This document shows, piece by piece, positions 15,789 through 24,830 of a stretch of 51,858 nucleotides of DNA; the stretch's first letter is position 1, and the number at the start of each line of letters is the position of its first letter. Made by a program: the position numbers and the translations under genes. The stretch is from Eubacteriales bacterium. Its GTDB lineage: Bacteria > Bacillota > Clostridia > Oscillospirales > QAKW01. Location of the stretch: the NCBI GenBank assembly GCA_045660845.1, contig JAZREO010000139.1, positions 1-51,858 on the forward strand, in the 5' to 3' direction. The notes beneath the pieces were generated by a model, which did not search any database, was not told the DNA's origin, and was given only the letters and a program-made list of their open reading frames with translations.

Positions 15789-16772
15789 ATGATTCATTAT
15801 GATCAGTTGCCCCAGACTTTAAAAGATTTTGTATTCTATTTAGAGGTGGTTTTAGGAAAATCAAAATCCACTACCTACGAATACCTGCTGGATCTTGAAA
15901 ACTTCTTCCGCTACATGAAGATTATAAAAAATAATCTCCCCGGAAGTACGAAAATTCATGATGTAGTGATCCACGATATCGACATTCCATTTGTGGCTTC
16001 TATTACCGTCAAAGATATCTATGACTATCTCTATTATTGCCGAGAAAAACGCGGAAACGGCTCCAGAAGTATTGCACGAAAAATGTCAACGCTGCGGACT
16101 TATTTCAAGTATATGACCCAAAGAATGCATCATTTAAGCAGTAATCCAATGGAAAATATCGAAACCCCTTCCCTGCCCAAAACACTTCCAAAGTATCTGT
16201 CGCTGGAAGAAAGCACCGAATTGCTTCGTGCTGTAAAAAGCAGTCGAAGAGATTATGCTATATTAACTCTTTTCTTAAATTGTGGCATGCGTCTTGCTGA
16301 ATTGGTCTCGTTAAATCTAAAAGACATTCGAAACGAATATGTGGTCATCACCGGTAAGGGCAACAAACAGCGCACCATCCACCTTAACCAAGCGTGCAGG
16401 AATGCTGTAGATGACTACGTTAACCATGAACGTCCAAAGGAAGGCTTGAAGGATCCGGATGCGCTCTTTATCAGCCGAAATAAATGCCGCATTTCGCGCA
16501 GAGCGGTGCAGAATATCGTTGAAAAATACCTCAAACTCGCTGGGCTGGATGAAAAGCAGTTATCTACCCACAAACTGCGACACACCGCAGCTACGTTAAT
16601 GCATCGATATGGTCATGTGGATATTCGCGTACTGCAGGAGATCCTGGGACATGAAAACCTCGGTACAACGCAGATCTACACCCATGTGGACAGCGAAACC
16701 ATCAAGGAAGCCTCCATGAGCAATCCCCTCTCGAACGTCAAAAGAAAAAGCACAGAACCCGACGGTCAATAA
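15789..16772 (+). CDS. tyrosine recombinase, XerC/XerD-like
   Basis: N-terminal SAM-like core-binding domain. Catalytic residues sit in ...CGMRLAEL..., HKLRHTAATLM and LGHENLGTTQIYTHV (R..HxxR..Y). Confidence 0.85.
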   Translation: MIHYDQLPQTLKDFVFYLEVVLGKSKSTTYEYLLDLENFFRYMKIIKNNLPGSTKIHDVVIHDIDIPFVASITVKDIYDYLYYCREKRGNGSRSIARKMSTLRTYFKYMTQRMHHLSSNPMENIETPSLPKTLPKYLSLEESTELLRAVKSSRRDYAILTLFLNCGMRLAELVSLNLKDIRNEYVVITGKGNKQRTIHLNQACRNAVDDYVNHERPKEGLKDPDALFISRNKCRISRRAVQNIVEKYLKLAGLDEKQLSTHKLRHTAATLMHRYGHVDIRVLQEILGHENLGTTQIYTHVDSETIKEASMSNPLSNVKRKSTEPDGQ

Positions 16773-16784
16773 CCGTCGGGTTCT
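16754..16784. terminator. bidirectional terminator between the recombinase and the aminopeptidase gene
   Basis: AGAACCCGACGG-TCAATAA-CCGTCGGGTTCT has a 12 bp stem. The recombinase stop codon sits in the loop. Both flanks are T-rich. Confidence 0.65.
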
Positions 16785-16787
16785 TAT

Positions 16788-17852
16788 TTATATAATTATC
16801 AAATTTTTAGGAGATGCCGTTAAATTTTCATAACCGTTTTCAGTAATATAAACCATATCCTCGATCCGAACACCGAATTGGTCCGGTAGATAAATTCCCG
16901 GTTCAACAGTCAAAACCATTCCGGGCGCCAACCGGGTTTCATCCACTGTGTTGAAGCAAGGCGTTTCATGTATCTCAATGCCGACGCTGTGCCCTAATCC
17001 GTGACCAAAGTAGTCACCAAAGCCACTTTCTGCAATGTAGGAACGAGCTGTATTATCGATTGTTCTGCAGACTTTACCGGGGGCAATTGCAGAAAGTGCC
17101 GCTTCCTGGGCAGACAGCACAGTGTGATATACATGAAACTGCTGTTCATTCACCTGGCCAACTGCAATAGTCCGGGTCATATCAGCGCAATAGCCATTGA
17201 CAACTGCACCAAAATCTATAGTAACAAAATCACCACTCTCAACGCACTTATTGGATGGTACACCATGAGGTAACGAAGAATTCTTGCCAGAAACAACAAT
17301 GGTATCAAAGGCAATCCCCTCGCTCCCCTGTTTGCGCATATAAAACTCCATATCCAGCATGATCTCGCGTTCTGTTCGACCATGGATACGATCTAAAATA
17401 TACGCAAAGGTTTCGTCTGTGATTTTTTGTGCTGCTTTAATATACGACAACTCATCCGACGTTTTTTTACTACGCAACTGCAAAATCAGTCGATCAAATT
17501 CATCGTCAATTGAAAAGGTGCAATCCGGCATTTTGCTTTGAAAGGATTTGAATTGCTCTAATGTTATATAAGAGCTCTCCACATAAACTCGGTCAATTCC
17601 GTGCGCTTTCATATATTCCCGGAGCTGCTCATAAAGACGGTTTGCCAAGGACACATTACAATGCCGAATTGACTTTACAGCCTTTTCAAAATAGCGAAAA
17701 TCGATGAAAAACTCTGCAGAATTTTTAGTTATAAGAAGCGTACCGGCAGAGGACGAAAAGCCGGTAAAATACAATCTGTTCGCCTCGCTGATCACGATCA
17801 GCGCTTCATTTTTCTTAAGATGGCTCTGAATTCCATTGATACGGTGCTGCAT
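16788..17852 (-). CDS. M24 family Xaa-Pro aminopeptidase/dipeptidase
   Basis: Creatinase-like N-domain followed by a pita-bread domain (DFGAVVNGYCADMTRT, HGLGHSVGIEIHE, TVEPGIY, IEDMV). Confidence 0.85.
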   Translation of the reverse strand: MQHRINGIQSHLKKNEALIVISEANRLYFTGFSSSAGTLLITKNSAEFFIDFRYFEKAVKSIRHCNVSLANRLYEQLREYMKAHGIDRVYVESSYITLEQFKSFQSKMPDCTFSIDDEFDRLILQLRSKKTSDELSYIKAAQKITDETFAYILDRIHGRTEREIMLDMEFYMRKQGSEGIAFDTIVVSGKNSSLPHGVPSNKCVESGDFVTIDFGAVVNGYCADMTRTIAVGQVNEQQFHVYHTVLSAQEAALSAIAPGKVCRTIDNTARSYIAESGFGDYFGHGLGHSVGIEIHETPCFNTVDETRLAPGMVLTVEPGIYLPDQFGVRIEDMVYITENGYENLTASPKNLIII

Positions 17853-17874
17853 AGGTTTCCTTCTTTCTCTGTTG

Positions 17875-17906
17875 AAAAAAGCCTAACGCTAATGCGTTAG
17901 GCTTTT
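17875..17906 (-). terminator. terminator of the tRNA operon
   Basis: On the minus strand AAAAGCCTAACGC-ATTA-GCGTTAGGCTTTT is followed by TTTTTT. Confidence 0.85.
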
Positions 17907-17908
17907 CT

Positions 17909-17983
17909 TGGAGGTGCCAATCGGATTTGAACCGATGAATAAAGGTTTTGCAGACCTTGGCCTTACCACTTGGCTATGGCACC
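17909..17983 (-). tRNA. tRNA-Cys (GCA)
   Basis: The reverse complement, GGTGCCATAGCCAAGTGGTAAGGCCAAGGTCTGCAAAACCTT...GGCACCTCCA, folds by hand into a cloverleaf. The anticodon loop is CTGCAAA, the discriminator is U, and CCA is encoded. Confidence 0.9.
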
Positions 17984-17987
17984 ATAT

Positions 17988-18019
17988 AAGAAAAGGCATA
18001 TTCACATACGCCTTTTCTT
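17988..18019 (-). other. 10 bp perfect hairpin in the tRNA-Phe / tRNA-Cys spacer
   Basis: AAGAAAAGGC, a 12 nt loop, then GCCTTTTCTT. It could be a partial terminator or a processing structure. Confidence 0.5.
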
Positions 18020-18026
18020 TATTGGA

Positions 18027-18102
18027 TGGTGCCTCCGGGCGGAATCGAACCACCGACACGGGGATTTTCAGTCCCCTGCTCTACCTACTGAGCTACAGAG
18101 GC
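18027..18102 (-). tRNA. tRNA-Phe (GAA)
   Basis: The reverse complement is GCCTCTGTAGCTCAGTAGGTAGAGCAGGGGACTGAAAATCCCC...CGGAGGCACCA. The anticodon loop is CTGAAAA and CCA is encoded. Confidence 0.9.
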
Positions 18103-18106
18103 AAAT

Positions 18107-18183
18107 TGGCGACCTGGATGGGGCTCGAACCCACGACCTCTAGCGTGACAGGCTAGCGTTCTAACCAACTGAACTACCAGGCC
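18107..18183 (-). tRNA. tRNA-Asp (GTC)
   Basis: The reverse complement is GGCCTGGTAGTTCAGTTGGTTAGAACGCTAGCCTGTCACGCTAG...CCAGGTCGCCA. The anticodon loop is CTGTCAC and CCA is encoded. Confidence 0.9.
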
Positions 18184-18230
18184 AAATTGCTGCGACTTAA
18201 ATTCTTCTGCTCATCGCTGCAACGATAGAT

Positions 18231-18259
18231 ATTTTACAACATATGGTTTCAAAAGTCAA
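18231..18259 (-). promoter_or_regulatory. sigma-A promoter of the tRNA operon
   Basis: Minus strand: TTGACT, a 17 nt spacer, then TAAAAT, about 45 nt upstream of tRNA-Asp. Confidence 0.6.
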
Positions 18260-18282
18260 GTGTTTTTATAGAAAAATATATT

Positions 18283-19164
18283 TTATTTTTCAGAGCCTTC
18301 GATCAGCAGATTCTTAAGTTCTCTCGGCGTAAACTGATACTTGCAATCGCAAAAGTGACAGCACAGTTCTACCGTTTCTCCCTCATCGATCAAAGCGGCG
18401 AGTTCCTTCTTACCAAGGCTCAGGAGAACCTTTTCAGTACGCGCTTTTGAACAATTACAGTGATATGCCGCGTTCCATTGCTCTGTTACATGATAGGGTA
18501 TATTTTCCATCAGTATATTGGCGATTTCCTCATTGGAAGTATGCTCAAACATCGCCGACACATTCTGTACCTTTTGAAGATTTTTCTCCAGAGCAGAGAT
18601 CGTCTCCTCATCAGCACCGGGTAACAGTTGCAAAATAAATCCACCGGCAGATTTGACAGAATAGTCCCGATCTATCAGTACCCCGAGCGCGCAGACGGTA
18701 GGCGTCTGCTCACTAACAGCATAATAATTGGTTATATCCTCGGCAATCTCGCCGCTGACCAGTTCTGTTCTGCTTACATATGGCTCCCCTTCCCCGTTAT
18801 CTCTTAAAACAGTAAGATAACCGGGACCAATAGCGCCACTAACATCCAGCTTGCCGTTCGGCTTCAGCGGAAGATCAATAATCGACACGCCGGGATAACC
18901 TTTAACGCAACCATTTTGGTCGGCGGTTGCCAGAACCGTTTTGACCGGACCTTCTCCTTCGACCTGCAAGGTCAGAAGATCTGAAGTGTTTTTTAGAGTT
19001 TTGCCCATCATCGCCGCAGCAGTCAGCAGTCTGCCTAAGGCGGCAGTCACCACCGGTGCAGTCTTATGATAATCAAAAGCCTGCTGGACAAGCTCCTTAG
19101 AATTTAAAAAATAACCGCGCACCATACCGTTATCCGATAGGATCGTCGTTCCTTTGTTTTGCAT
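18283..19164 (-). CDS. hslO: redox-regulated chaperone Hsp33
   Basis: Hsp33 N-domain plus the C-terminal zinc centre CNCS...CCHFCDCKYQF (CxC...CxxC). Confidence 0.9.
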   Translation of the reverse strand: MQNKGTTILSDNGMVRGYFLNSKELVQQAFDYHKTAPVVTAALGRLLTAAAMMGKTLKNTSDLLTLQVEGEGPVKTVLATADQNGCVKGYPGVSIIDLPLKPNGKLDVSGAIGPGYLTVLRDNGEGEPYVSRTELVSGEIAEDITNYYAVSEQTPTVCALGVLIDRDYSVKSAGGFILQLLPGADEETISALEKNLQKVQNVSAMFEHTSNEEIANILMENIPYHVTEQWNAAYHCNCSKARTEKVLLSLGKKELAALIDEGETVELCCHFCDCKYQFTPRELKNLLIEGSEK

Positions 19165-19920
19165 TTATTTATCCTCTTTCTTTCTTGCAACAAACGTCAA
19201 ACGCTGGGTCTGCTCGCTCGGTAAAAGATCTGAATAATCGTCAGTGACCGAAAGAAGCTGAAATCCATAGCGCTCCAATAAAACGCAGATCTCCTCTTTT
19301 GAATAATAGCGCTGTACTTGATCCTCATCTCGACGGTTATAGCAATCGTTCGTCTGAGAGAAAACCGAAAGTTGATGGTTACACAGCTGCCCATCAAATT
19401 GACTGCGCCAAGCAAGGAAGACATCTTCATCGTCGTATATTTCACAATGCTGATCCAGCAACGTTTGATATTTATAAAGGCTATTGATATCAAAGATCAA
19501 AAGCCCGCCGGGATTCAAGTAATTTCGAAACCAATAAAACAGCCGCTCCAAATCCTTGGGGTCGGTAAGATAATTCAAGGTGTCCAGCGTAGAAACAATT
19601 CCATCAACCGTACCGTAAAGTTCAAAGTCCGGCAGCTGCTGGCAAAGAAACAACGCTTTGTCTCCGTTTATAATATCGACCCGCTTATTCAGCGCTTCCA
19701 TCAGCATCTCTGTGCTTCCATCCACACCGATCATGTCGTATCCGCAGGACAAAAGTCCAAGGGTGACCGTCCCGCTGCCGCAACCGACATCGCAAATCAG
19801 AGACGCACCCGGGAAATGGGATTTTAATGCTCCATCAATAAAATCAATGATTTTCTGATAATCAGCCCCAACAAACCGGTCATAATATTGAGCAAGTGCG
19901 GAAAAATCATTCATACTCAT
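19165..19920 (-). CDS. class I SAM-dependent methyltransferase
   Basis: Motif I is LICDVGCGSGTVT, and the rest reads as a Rossmann-like pattern. It abuts hslO and shares an ATGA overlap with the upstream gene. Confidence 0.75.
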   Translation of the reverse strand: MSMNDFSALAQYYDRFVGADYQKIIDFIDGALKSHFPGASLICDVGCGSGTVTLGLLSCGYDMIGVDGSTEMLMEALNKRVDIINGDKALFLCQQLPDFELYGTVDGIVSTLDTLNYLTDPKDLERLFYWFRNYLNPGGLLIFDINSLYKYQTLLDQHCEIYDDEDVFLAWRSQFDGQLCNHQLSVFSQTNDCYNRRDEDQVQRYYSKEEICVLLERYGFQLLSVTDDYSDLLPSEQTQRLTFVARKKEDK

Positions 19921-20204
19921 GACTTCATGCGGTCAAACACTCGGGCATAGCCGTCCGAGCCGTAGTTCAAGCTACGCTTAACCCGGCTGATGGTAGCGGT
20001 TGAAGCACCGGTCTTATCAACGATTTCTTGATAGGACTCCCCCTGTGACAGAAGAAATGCCACCTCAAACCGCTGAGACATCGCTTTGAATTCCGACACC
20101 GTACAAAGATCTTCAAAAAAATCATAACACTCTTCGACACTCTGCAACCTTAAGATCGCCTCAAATAAATGATCGCTATTAGGATCTTTTAATTTCTGAT
20201 TCAT
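19917..20204 (-). CDS. YerC/YecD family TrpR-like DNA-binding protein
   Basis: 95 aa with LCT..E...MSQRFEVAFLLSQGESYQEIVDKTGASTATISRVKRSLNYG. Confidence 0.8.
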   Translation of the reverse strand: MNQKLKDPNSDHLFEAILRLQSVEECYDFFEDLCTVSEFKAMSQRFEVAFLLSQGESYQEIVDKTGASTATISRVKRSLNYGSDGYARVFDRMKS

Positions 20205-20234
20205 GGTTAATCTCCTTTATTTGGGATTAATCAC

Positions 20235-20263
20235 ATTTTAACACACTAAAGGATGAAAGTCAA
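20235..20263 (-). promoter_or_regulatory. sigma-A promoter (extended -10) for yerC-methyltransferase-hslO
   Basis: Minus strand: TTGACT, a 17 nt spacer, then TGtTAAAAT. Confidence 0.55.
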
Positions 20264-20272
20264 TGAGTTATC

Positions 20273-20300
20273 AAAAAACAGACGCCAAAAAGCGTCTGTT
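20273..20300 (-). terminator. terminator after obg
   Basis: On the minus strand AACAGACGC-TTTTTG-GCGTCTGTT is followed by TTTTTT. Confidence 0.8.
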
Positions 20301-20306
20301 TTCGTC

Positions 20307-21575
20307 TTAACGGATATAATCGAATTCCAAATCTCCGATCCGTACCGGATCTCCTTCCTGTATTCCCATTTCTTCCAGTTTCTCGATAATACCGTTGCTC
20401 TGCAGGACGCGCTGGAAGAAGTTCAGCGACTCATAATCATCAAAATGAATGGTTTCAATGATCTTAAATAACCATTCACCCTCGACAACATAGGTGTGAC
20501 CCTCTTTGCTAACTGTAAAGGTTTTATCCTTTTCGGAAACCGGCGTTGCTTTGATATACTCACTCTCAAAAACTTTAACCTTAGGCAAGGTTTCCAGCAG
20601 TTCACCAGTCTTTGCCAGCAAGGGTTCGAGCCCATTCTTAGTGGCTGCGGAAATGCAAAAAACAGGATAACCTTGCTTTTCCACATGGGAAATAAAGCGA
20701 TTCATCATTTCCTCATCATAGACTGCGTCACACTTATTGGCAACTACAATTTGAGGCAATGCCGCAAGGGTTGCAGAATACTGCTGCAGTTCTTTATTGA
20801 TGATCTCAAAGTCCTCGATAGGATCCCGCCCCTCTGTACCGGCAACATCGACCAAATGCAGTAACATTCTGCACCGTTCTACATGACGCAGAAAAGCAGT
20901 TCCGAGACCTGCGCCACCCGCTGCACCTTCGATAATACCGGGAATGTCAGCGATCACAAAACCGTTTCCAAATCGATCCACAACCCCTAAATTGGGGGTC
21001 ATGGTCGTAAAATGATAATTAGCGATCTTGGGACGAGCAGAAGATACCACTGATAAAAAAGTAGATTTTCCTACATTCGGAAAACCAATCAAGCCCACAT
21101 CCGCAATCAACTTCAATTCCAACTGAATATGAAATTCTTCGCCGGGCTGACCGGGTTTTGCAAAGCGGGGAATCTGCCGGGTGGCAGTCGCAAAGTGCTG
21201 ATTTCCCCAACCGCCTCTGCCGCCCTTAGCCGCAACATAGGACTCTTCATCAGAAAGATCCTTCATCAAAAGACCGGTCTCTGCATCCTTGATCAGCGTA
21301 CCAACAGGCACTTTGATAACGAGCGGCGGCGCGCCGGCGCCGGTGCATTGGTTGGTACCGCCGTTTTTACCGTTTTCAGCAACATATTTGCGTTTATAGC
21401 GAAAATCCATCAACGTATTCAGATTGCGGTCAGCTTGAAAGATGATATCTCCGCCTTTTCCGCCATCACCGCCGTCGGGTCCGCCTGCATTTACATATTT
21501 TTCACGGTGAAAGGCAACCGCGCCGTCACCGCCTTTTCCGGCCTTTATCCATATTTTTGCAACATCAACAAACAT
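20307..21575 (-). CDS. obg: GTPase Obg/CgtA
   Basis: MFVDVAKIWIKAGKGGDGAVAFHREKY is the glycine-rich Obg fold. G1 is GFPNVGKST, and a C-terminal OCT domain is present. Confidence 0.95.
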   Translation of the reverse strand: MFVDVAKIWIKAGKGGDGAVAFHREKYVNAGGPDGGDGGKGGDIIFQADRNLNTLMDFRYKRKYVAENGKNGGTNQCTGAGAPPLVIKVPVGTLIKDAETGLLMKDLSDEESYVAAKGGRGGWGNQHFATATRQIPRFAKPGQPGEEFHIQLELKLIADVGLIGFPNVGKSTFLSVVSSARPKIANYHFTTMTPNLGVVDRFGNGFVIADIPGIIEGAAGGAGLGTAFLRHVERCRMLLHLVDVAGTEGRDPIEDFEIINKELQQYSATLAALPQIVVANKCDAVYDEEMMNRFISHVEKQGYPVFCISAATKNGLEPLLAKTGELLETLPKVKVFESEYIKATPVSEKDKTFTVSKEGHTYVVEGEWLFKIIETIHFDDYESLNFFQRVLQSNGIIEKLEEMGIQEGDPVRIGDLEFDYIR

Positions 21576-21600
21576 GGTGCAAGCCCCCTTTCTTTTCCAT

Positions 21601-21630
21601 AAAAAAATCCCGGATGAGATCCGGGATTTT
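21601..21630 (-). terminator. terminator/attenuator between rpmA and obg
   Basis: On the minus strand AAAATCCCGG-ATCTCAT-CCGGGATTTT is followed by TTTTTTT. Confidence 0.8.
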
Positions 21631-21638
21631 TAAGGTTC

Positions 21639-21917
21639 TTACTCTTCAGCGTAAACAGAAACCTTTTTTCTGTCGCGGCCAACGCGCTCAAACTTTACCT
21701 TGCCGTCGATCAGAGCAAACAGGGTATCATTGGAGCCACGACCGACATTGTTACCGGGATGGATCTTAGTCCCTCTCTGGGTAACCAGAACGTTTCCAGC
21801 CAGAACAAACTGACCGTCAGCTCTCTTCACGCCCAGACGCTTGGATTCGGAATCTCTGCCGTTCTTGGTAGAGCCCATACCTTTTTTATGCGCAAAAAAC
21901 TGAATATTAAACAACAT
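21639..21917 (-). CDS. rpmA: 50S ribosomal protein L27 with a cleavable N-terminal extension
   Basis: [31 protein letters not shown].... Confidence 0.95.
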   Translation of the reverse strand: MLFNIQFFAHKKGMGSTKNGRDSESKRLGVKRADGQFVLAGNVLVTQRGTKIHPGNNVGRGSNDTLFALIDGKVKFERVGRDRKKVSVYAEE

Positions 21918-21920
21918 TTG

Positions 21921-22241
21921 TTACACCTCCATTATTTCAAGGTTAAAATACATTGCATACTCTTGTGCAATGCTCTGCCCAAACTCGACCAAAATCTCAA
22001 TATGCTTTGAAAACTGAGCATCTGGTGCCGGGCTGATGCATCGGATCAACGCCGCTTCCTGATCAACAGTCAGCTGCAGGGGGATCCGATCGATTTTTTT
22101 ACCGCAGTTGATACAAAACTCAACAGCTGTCGAAACCGCGGCACAAACAATATCACTGCCTGCCTCGCTGTAACCGCTGTGACCTTCACATTCAAATCCG
22201 GTATAAAGCTTTCCTTTCCGATAGATCCGGAGGACCGTCAT
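21921..22241 (-). CDS. prp: ribosomal-processing cysteine protease Prp
   Basis: 106 aa lying between rplU and rpmA, with GHSGY...GSDIVCAAVS (His/Cys dyad). Confidence 0.85.
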   Translation of the reverse strand: MTVLRIYRKGKLYTGFECEGHSGYSEAGSDIVCAAVSTAVEFCINCGKKIDRIPLQLTVDQEAALIRCISPAPDAQFSKHIEILVEFGQSIAQEYAMYFNLEIMEV

Positions 22242-22245
22242 GAAA

Positions 22246-22578
22246 TTAAGCTTCTGCCTTAGGCGCGGTGGGATTGATCGCAGAGATCTGGATCTTGGTA
22301 TAGGGCTGTCTGTGACCCTGCTTTCTGCGGTAGTTCTTTTTGGGCTTCATCTTATAAACGATGATCTTCTTTTCCTTACCGCTCTTGATCACGGTAGCCT
22401 CAATGGTAGCACCCTTTACATAGGGCTTGCCCACCTTCAGCTTCTTGCCTTCGCCAACGCTTACCACCTTGTCAAAGGTAACAACACTGTCGTTTTCGGC
22501 GTCCAGCTTTTCAATGAAAAGAGTGTCGCCTTCCTGCACTTTGTATTGCTTACCGCCGGTTTCAAAAATTGCGTACAT
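22246..22578 (-). CDS. rplU: 50S ribosomal protein L21
   Basis: [14 protein letters not shown]...[10 protein letters not shown]. The start is at M6 of the ORF track, after GAGGTG. Confidence 0.95.
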   Translation of the reverse strand: MYAIFETGGKQYKVQEGDTLFIEKLDAENDSVVTFDKVVSVGEGKKLKVGKPYVKGATIEATVIKSGKEKKIIVYKMKPKKNYRRKQGHRQPYTKIQISAINPTAPKAEA

Positions 22579-22654
22579 TACAAAGCACCTCACTTTCTTA
22601 TAGAAAACTCGCTATGGCAGGTAGGTTTCCCTTTCGACCTGGCATATGCGGCTA
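22579..22654 (-). promoter_or_regulatory. structured 5' leader of rplU (possible L21-leader-type autoregulatory RNA)
   Basis: A leader of about 75 nt lies between the promoter and the ATG. The minus strand TATGCCAGGT...ACCTGCCATA can pair at 9 of 10 positions around a GAAAGGGAAA loop. I cannot run a covariance model. Confidence 0.3.
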
Positions 22655-22660
22655 ACGATG

Positions 22661-22689
22661 ATTATATCACACCAATTTGGGAATGTCAA
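22661..22689 (-). promoter_or_regulatory. consensus sigma-A promoter of rplU-prp-rpmA, overlapping the recN stop codon
   Basis: Minus strand: TTGACA, a 17 nt spacer, then TGaTATAAT (extended -10). Confidence 0.7.
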
Positions 22690-24371
22690 TCATTATTTTT
22701 ACTATTTAATAGGATTTCTTTTGCGCTTAGGAGCAGATTATCAGAAAGTTCCTCGCCGCCCATGATCCGGGCGATCTCATGGACACGTTCATCCGGTTTC
22801 AGGCGTTTAACCGCCGAAGAAACACGACCGTCAGTTTCGTTCTTAGAAACCTTGAAATGATGATCTGCACGGGCAGCGATCTGCGCCAGATGAGTAATGC
22901 AGAATACCTGCCGCTCCCCTGCCCCGCTTTGCAGTTTTTTGCCGATCTTTTCAGCAGTAGCACCGGAAACGCCGGTATCTACCTCGTCGTAGATCACGGT
23001 ATCAAACCCTTGATTAAGAACCGATTTCATAGATAGCATAATCCGCGAAAGCTCACCGCCGGAGGCTATTTTCGCCAAAGGACGAAGGGATTCACCAGCA
23101 TTGGCGGAAAGAAAGAATTCCACATCATCCTTACCGTCTGCCCGATAGCGAAGCCCGCCTCGATCATTTAGCCGATCCTGAACCCGGACCTGAAACCGGA
23201 CCTTCGGCATATCCAAATAGCAGAGTTCTTCCTGTAGACGCTTTTCCATTTCTTCTGCTGATTTTTTCCTCTTCGCCGTCAGCTTTGCAGCACATTGCTC
23301 TAACCGATTACGAGAATTCAGATACGCTGTTTCCAATTCCTTCAAGCGATCCTCGCTATTGTCCAGCAACTCCAATTCATTCCGATATTCCTTTTGATGT
23401 TGAAGAACGTCCTGATCGGTAGGACCAAAGACCTTTTTGATCTCCTCTATCTGATCCAATCGTTCTTCTATCTCCTGAGGATCCATCTGGTCACCGGCAT
23501 AATCGTCAAATAGCCTGCCCAATTCTTCGCCGAGATCATCTACTTCCGTAGATAATTGCGTCAGACGGTGCACCAATTCTCCACCTTGAAGCAATAGTTT
23601 TTCCAACGGCAAAAGCGCATCAAGCGCTTCCTTTACCAGCTGAGCTGCGGGCATCTCGCCATCATAAATGGCGGTAGCGGCAGTATGAAGTCCCTCGATG
23701 ATCTCCGCATTTACTATCATATTCTTACGGCGCAACATCAAATCTTCATGCTCACCCTCTTTCAGGGAGCATTGTTCCAATTGCCCGATCCACTCTGTAA
23801 GCTGCTTTCTGCGTTGCTCTTTTTCTGCAGTCTTAACCCTCAGTTCATTCAATCGATCACGCAGTTCCTTGACCTCAGTATACGCCGCATTATATTGCTC
23901 CCGCACCTCTTCAAGGGCACCAAATTCATCCAGATACGTAATATGACGACGGTTATCCAGCAGTAAAACGCCATCGTGCTGACCGTGGATATTCACCAAT
24001 TGGGCGCCCAGTTCTTTCAAAAGAGAAACCGTCACGCTGATACCATTGATTTTGGCGGTATTTCGCCCGTCAGCGCCGATCTTTCGGTAGATGGTGATAT
24101 TTCCGTCTTCGTCCGGTTTTAAGTCGTTAGATTGCAGAATTTCAAGTGCCTCAGTTGAGAGGGTACAAAAGCAGGCGCTGACGATCCCGGCACTTTCTCC
24201 GGAACGAATCAGTTCCTTGGACGCCTTATTTCCCAGGAGCAACAAGATCGAATCAATAACGATACTCTTACCTGCCCCGGTCTCGCCGGTCAATACCGTA
24301 AAGCCGTTATCGAATTCCAGGTCCAGCCGGTCAATGATGGCTATATTTTCGATATGAAGCGCAGTCAACAT
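22686..24371 (-). CDS. recN: DNA repair protein RecN
   Basis: MLTALHIENIAIID...LTGETGAGKSI, a long coiled coil, and a C-terminal SGGELSRIML...DEVDTG. Confidence 0.95.
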   Translation of the reverse strand: MLTALHIENIAIIDRLDLEFDNGFTVLTGETGAGKSIVIDSILLLLGNKASKELIRSGESAGIVSACFCTLSTEALEILQSNDLKPDEDGNITIYRKIGADGRNTAKINGISVTVSLLKELGAQLVNIHGQHDGVLLLDNRRHITYLDEFGALEEVREQYNAAYTEVKELRDRLNELRVKTAEKEQRRKQLTEWIGQLEQCSLKEGEHEDLMLRRKNMIVNAEIIEGLHTAATAIYDGEMPAAQLVKEALDALLPLEKLLLQGGELVHRLTQLSTEVDDLGEELGRLFDDYAGDQMDPQEIEERLDQIEEIKKVFGPTDQDVLQHQKEYRNELELLDNSEDRLKELETAYLNSRNRLEQCAAKLTAKRKKSAEEMEKRLQEELCYLDMPKVRFQVRVQDRLNDRGGLRYRADGKDDVEFFLSANAGESLRPLAKIASGGELSRIMLSMKSVLNQGFDTVIYDEVDTGVSGATAEKIGKKLQSGAGERQVFCITHLAQIAARADHHFKVSKNETDGRVSSAVKRLKPDERVHEIARIMGGEELSDNLLLSAKEILLNSKNND

Positions 24372-24377
24372 CGTTTC

Positions 24378-24830
24378 TTACTCCTTGATATCAGTAAGCA
24401 TATCCTTGATCTTCTTTGCGAACTCATTGGTCAATGTACAGATAAAGATGGTATCGTCCCCGGCAATGGAGCCGGCAACACCCTGAAAATGCATATTGTC
24501 GATCGTAGCGCAGACTGCCCCTGCCATTCCGGCATAGCATTTTACAATGACAAAGTTTTGTGCACTGATCACATCGATGATGCCATTATGTAGAATTGAG
24601 TTCGCATGGACCGGCGCTGGTTGCGGCGGGACACTCATAGCACTTCTCACATAGCGAGTTCCCTTTCCGTCGGAGGTCTTGCGCAGACCGAGCGCCTTAA
24701 TATCCCGGGAGACCGTCGCCTGCGTCACGTTCCACCCCTGCTTCTGCAGGATGGAAACCAACATTTCCTGGGTAAAGACAGCCTGCTCCTCAATAATCTT
24801 CAATATTGCTTCCTGACGTAAATTTTTCAT
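24378..24830 (-). CDS. argR: arginine repressor
   Basis: RQEAILKII......Q..L...L...G..VTQATVSRDIK.L is the winged helix, and GDDTIF occurs in the C-domain. Confidence 0.9.
   Translation of the reverse strand: MKNLRQEAILKIIEEQAVFTQEMLVSILQKQGWNVTQATVSRDIKALGLRKTSDGKGTRYVRSAMSVPPQPAPVHANSILHNGIIDVISAQNFVIVKCYAGMAGAVCATIDNMHFQGVAGSIAGDDTIFICTLTNEFAKKIKDMLTDIKE

Noticed and set aside
17908-18156. 82 aa plus-strand ORF
   Set aside because: It is read straight through the antisense of three tRNA genes, which explain the sequence fully.
15789-18183. Tyrosine recombinase close to a tRNA cluster as a sign of an integrated mobile element
   Set aside because: A housekeeping aminopeptidase with its own terminators lies between them. 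I found no direct repeat of a tRNA 3' end, and there are no phage, plasmid or cargo genes. The recombinase has the layout of chromosomal Xer-type enzymes common in Clostridia.
22240-22860. 206 aa plus-strand ORF spanning rplU, its leader and the recN 3' end
   Set aside because: It crosses two real minus-strand genes and a promoter region. It has no motifs and is a shadow ORF.
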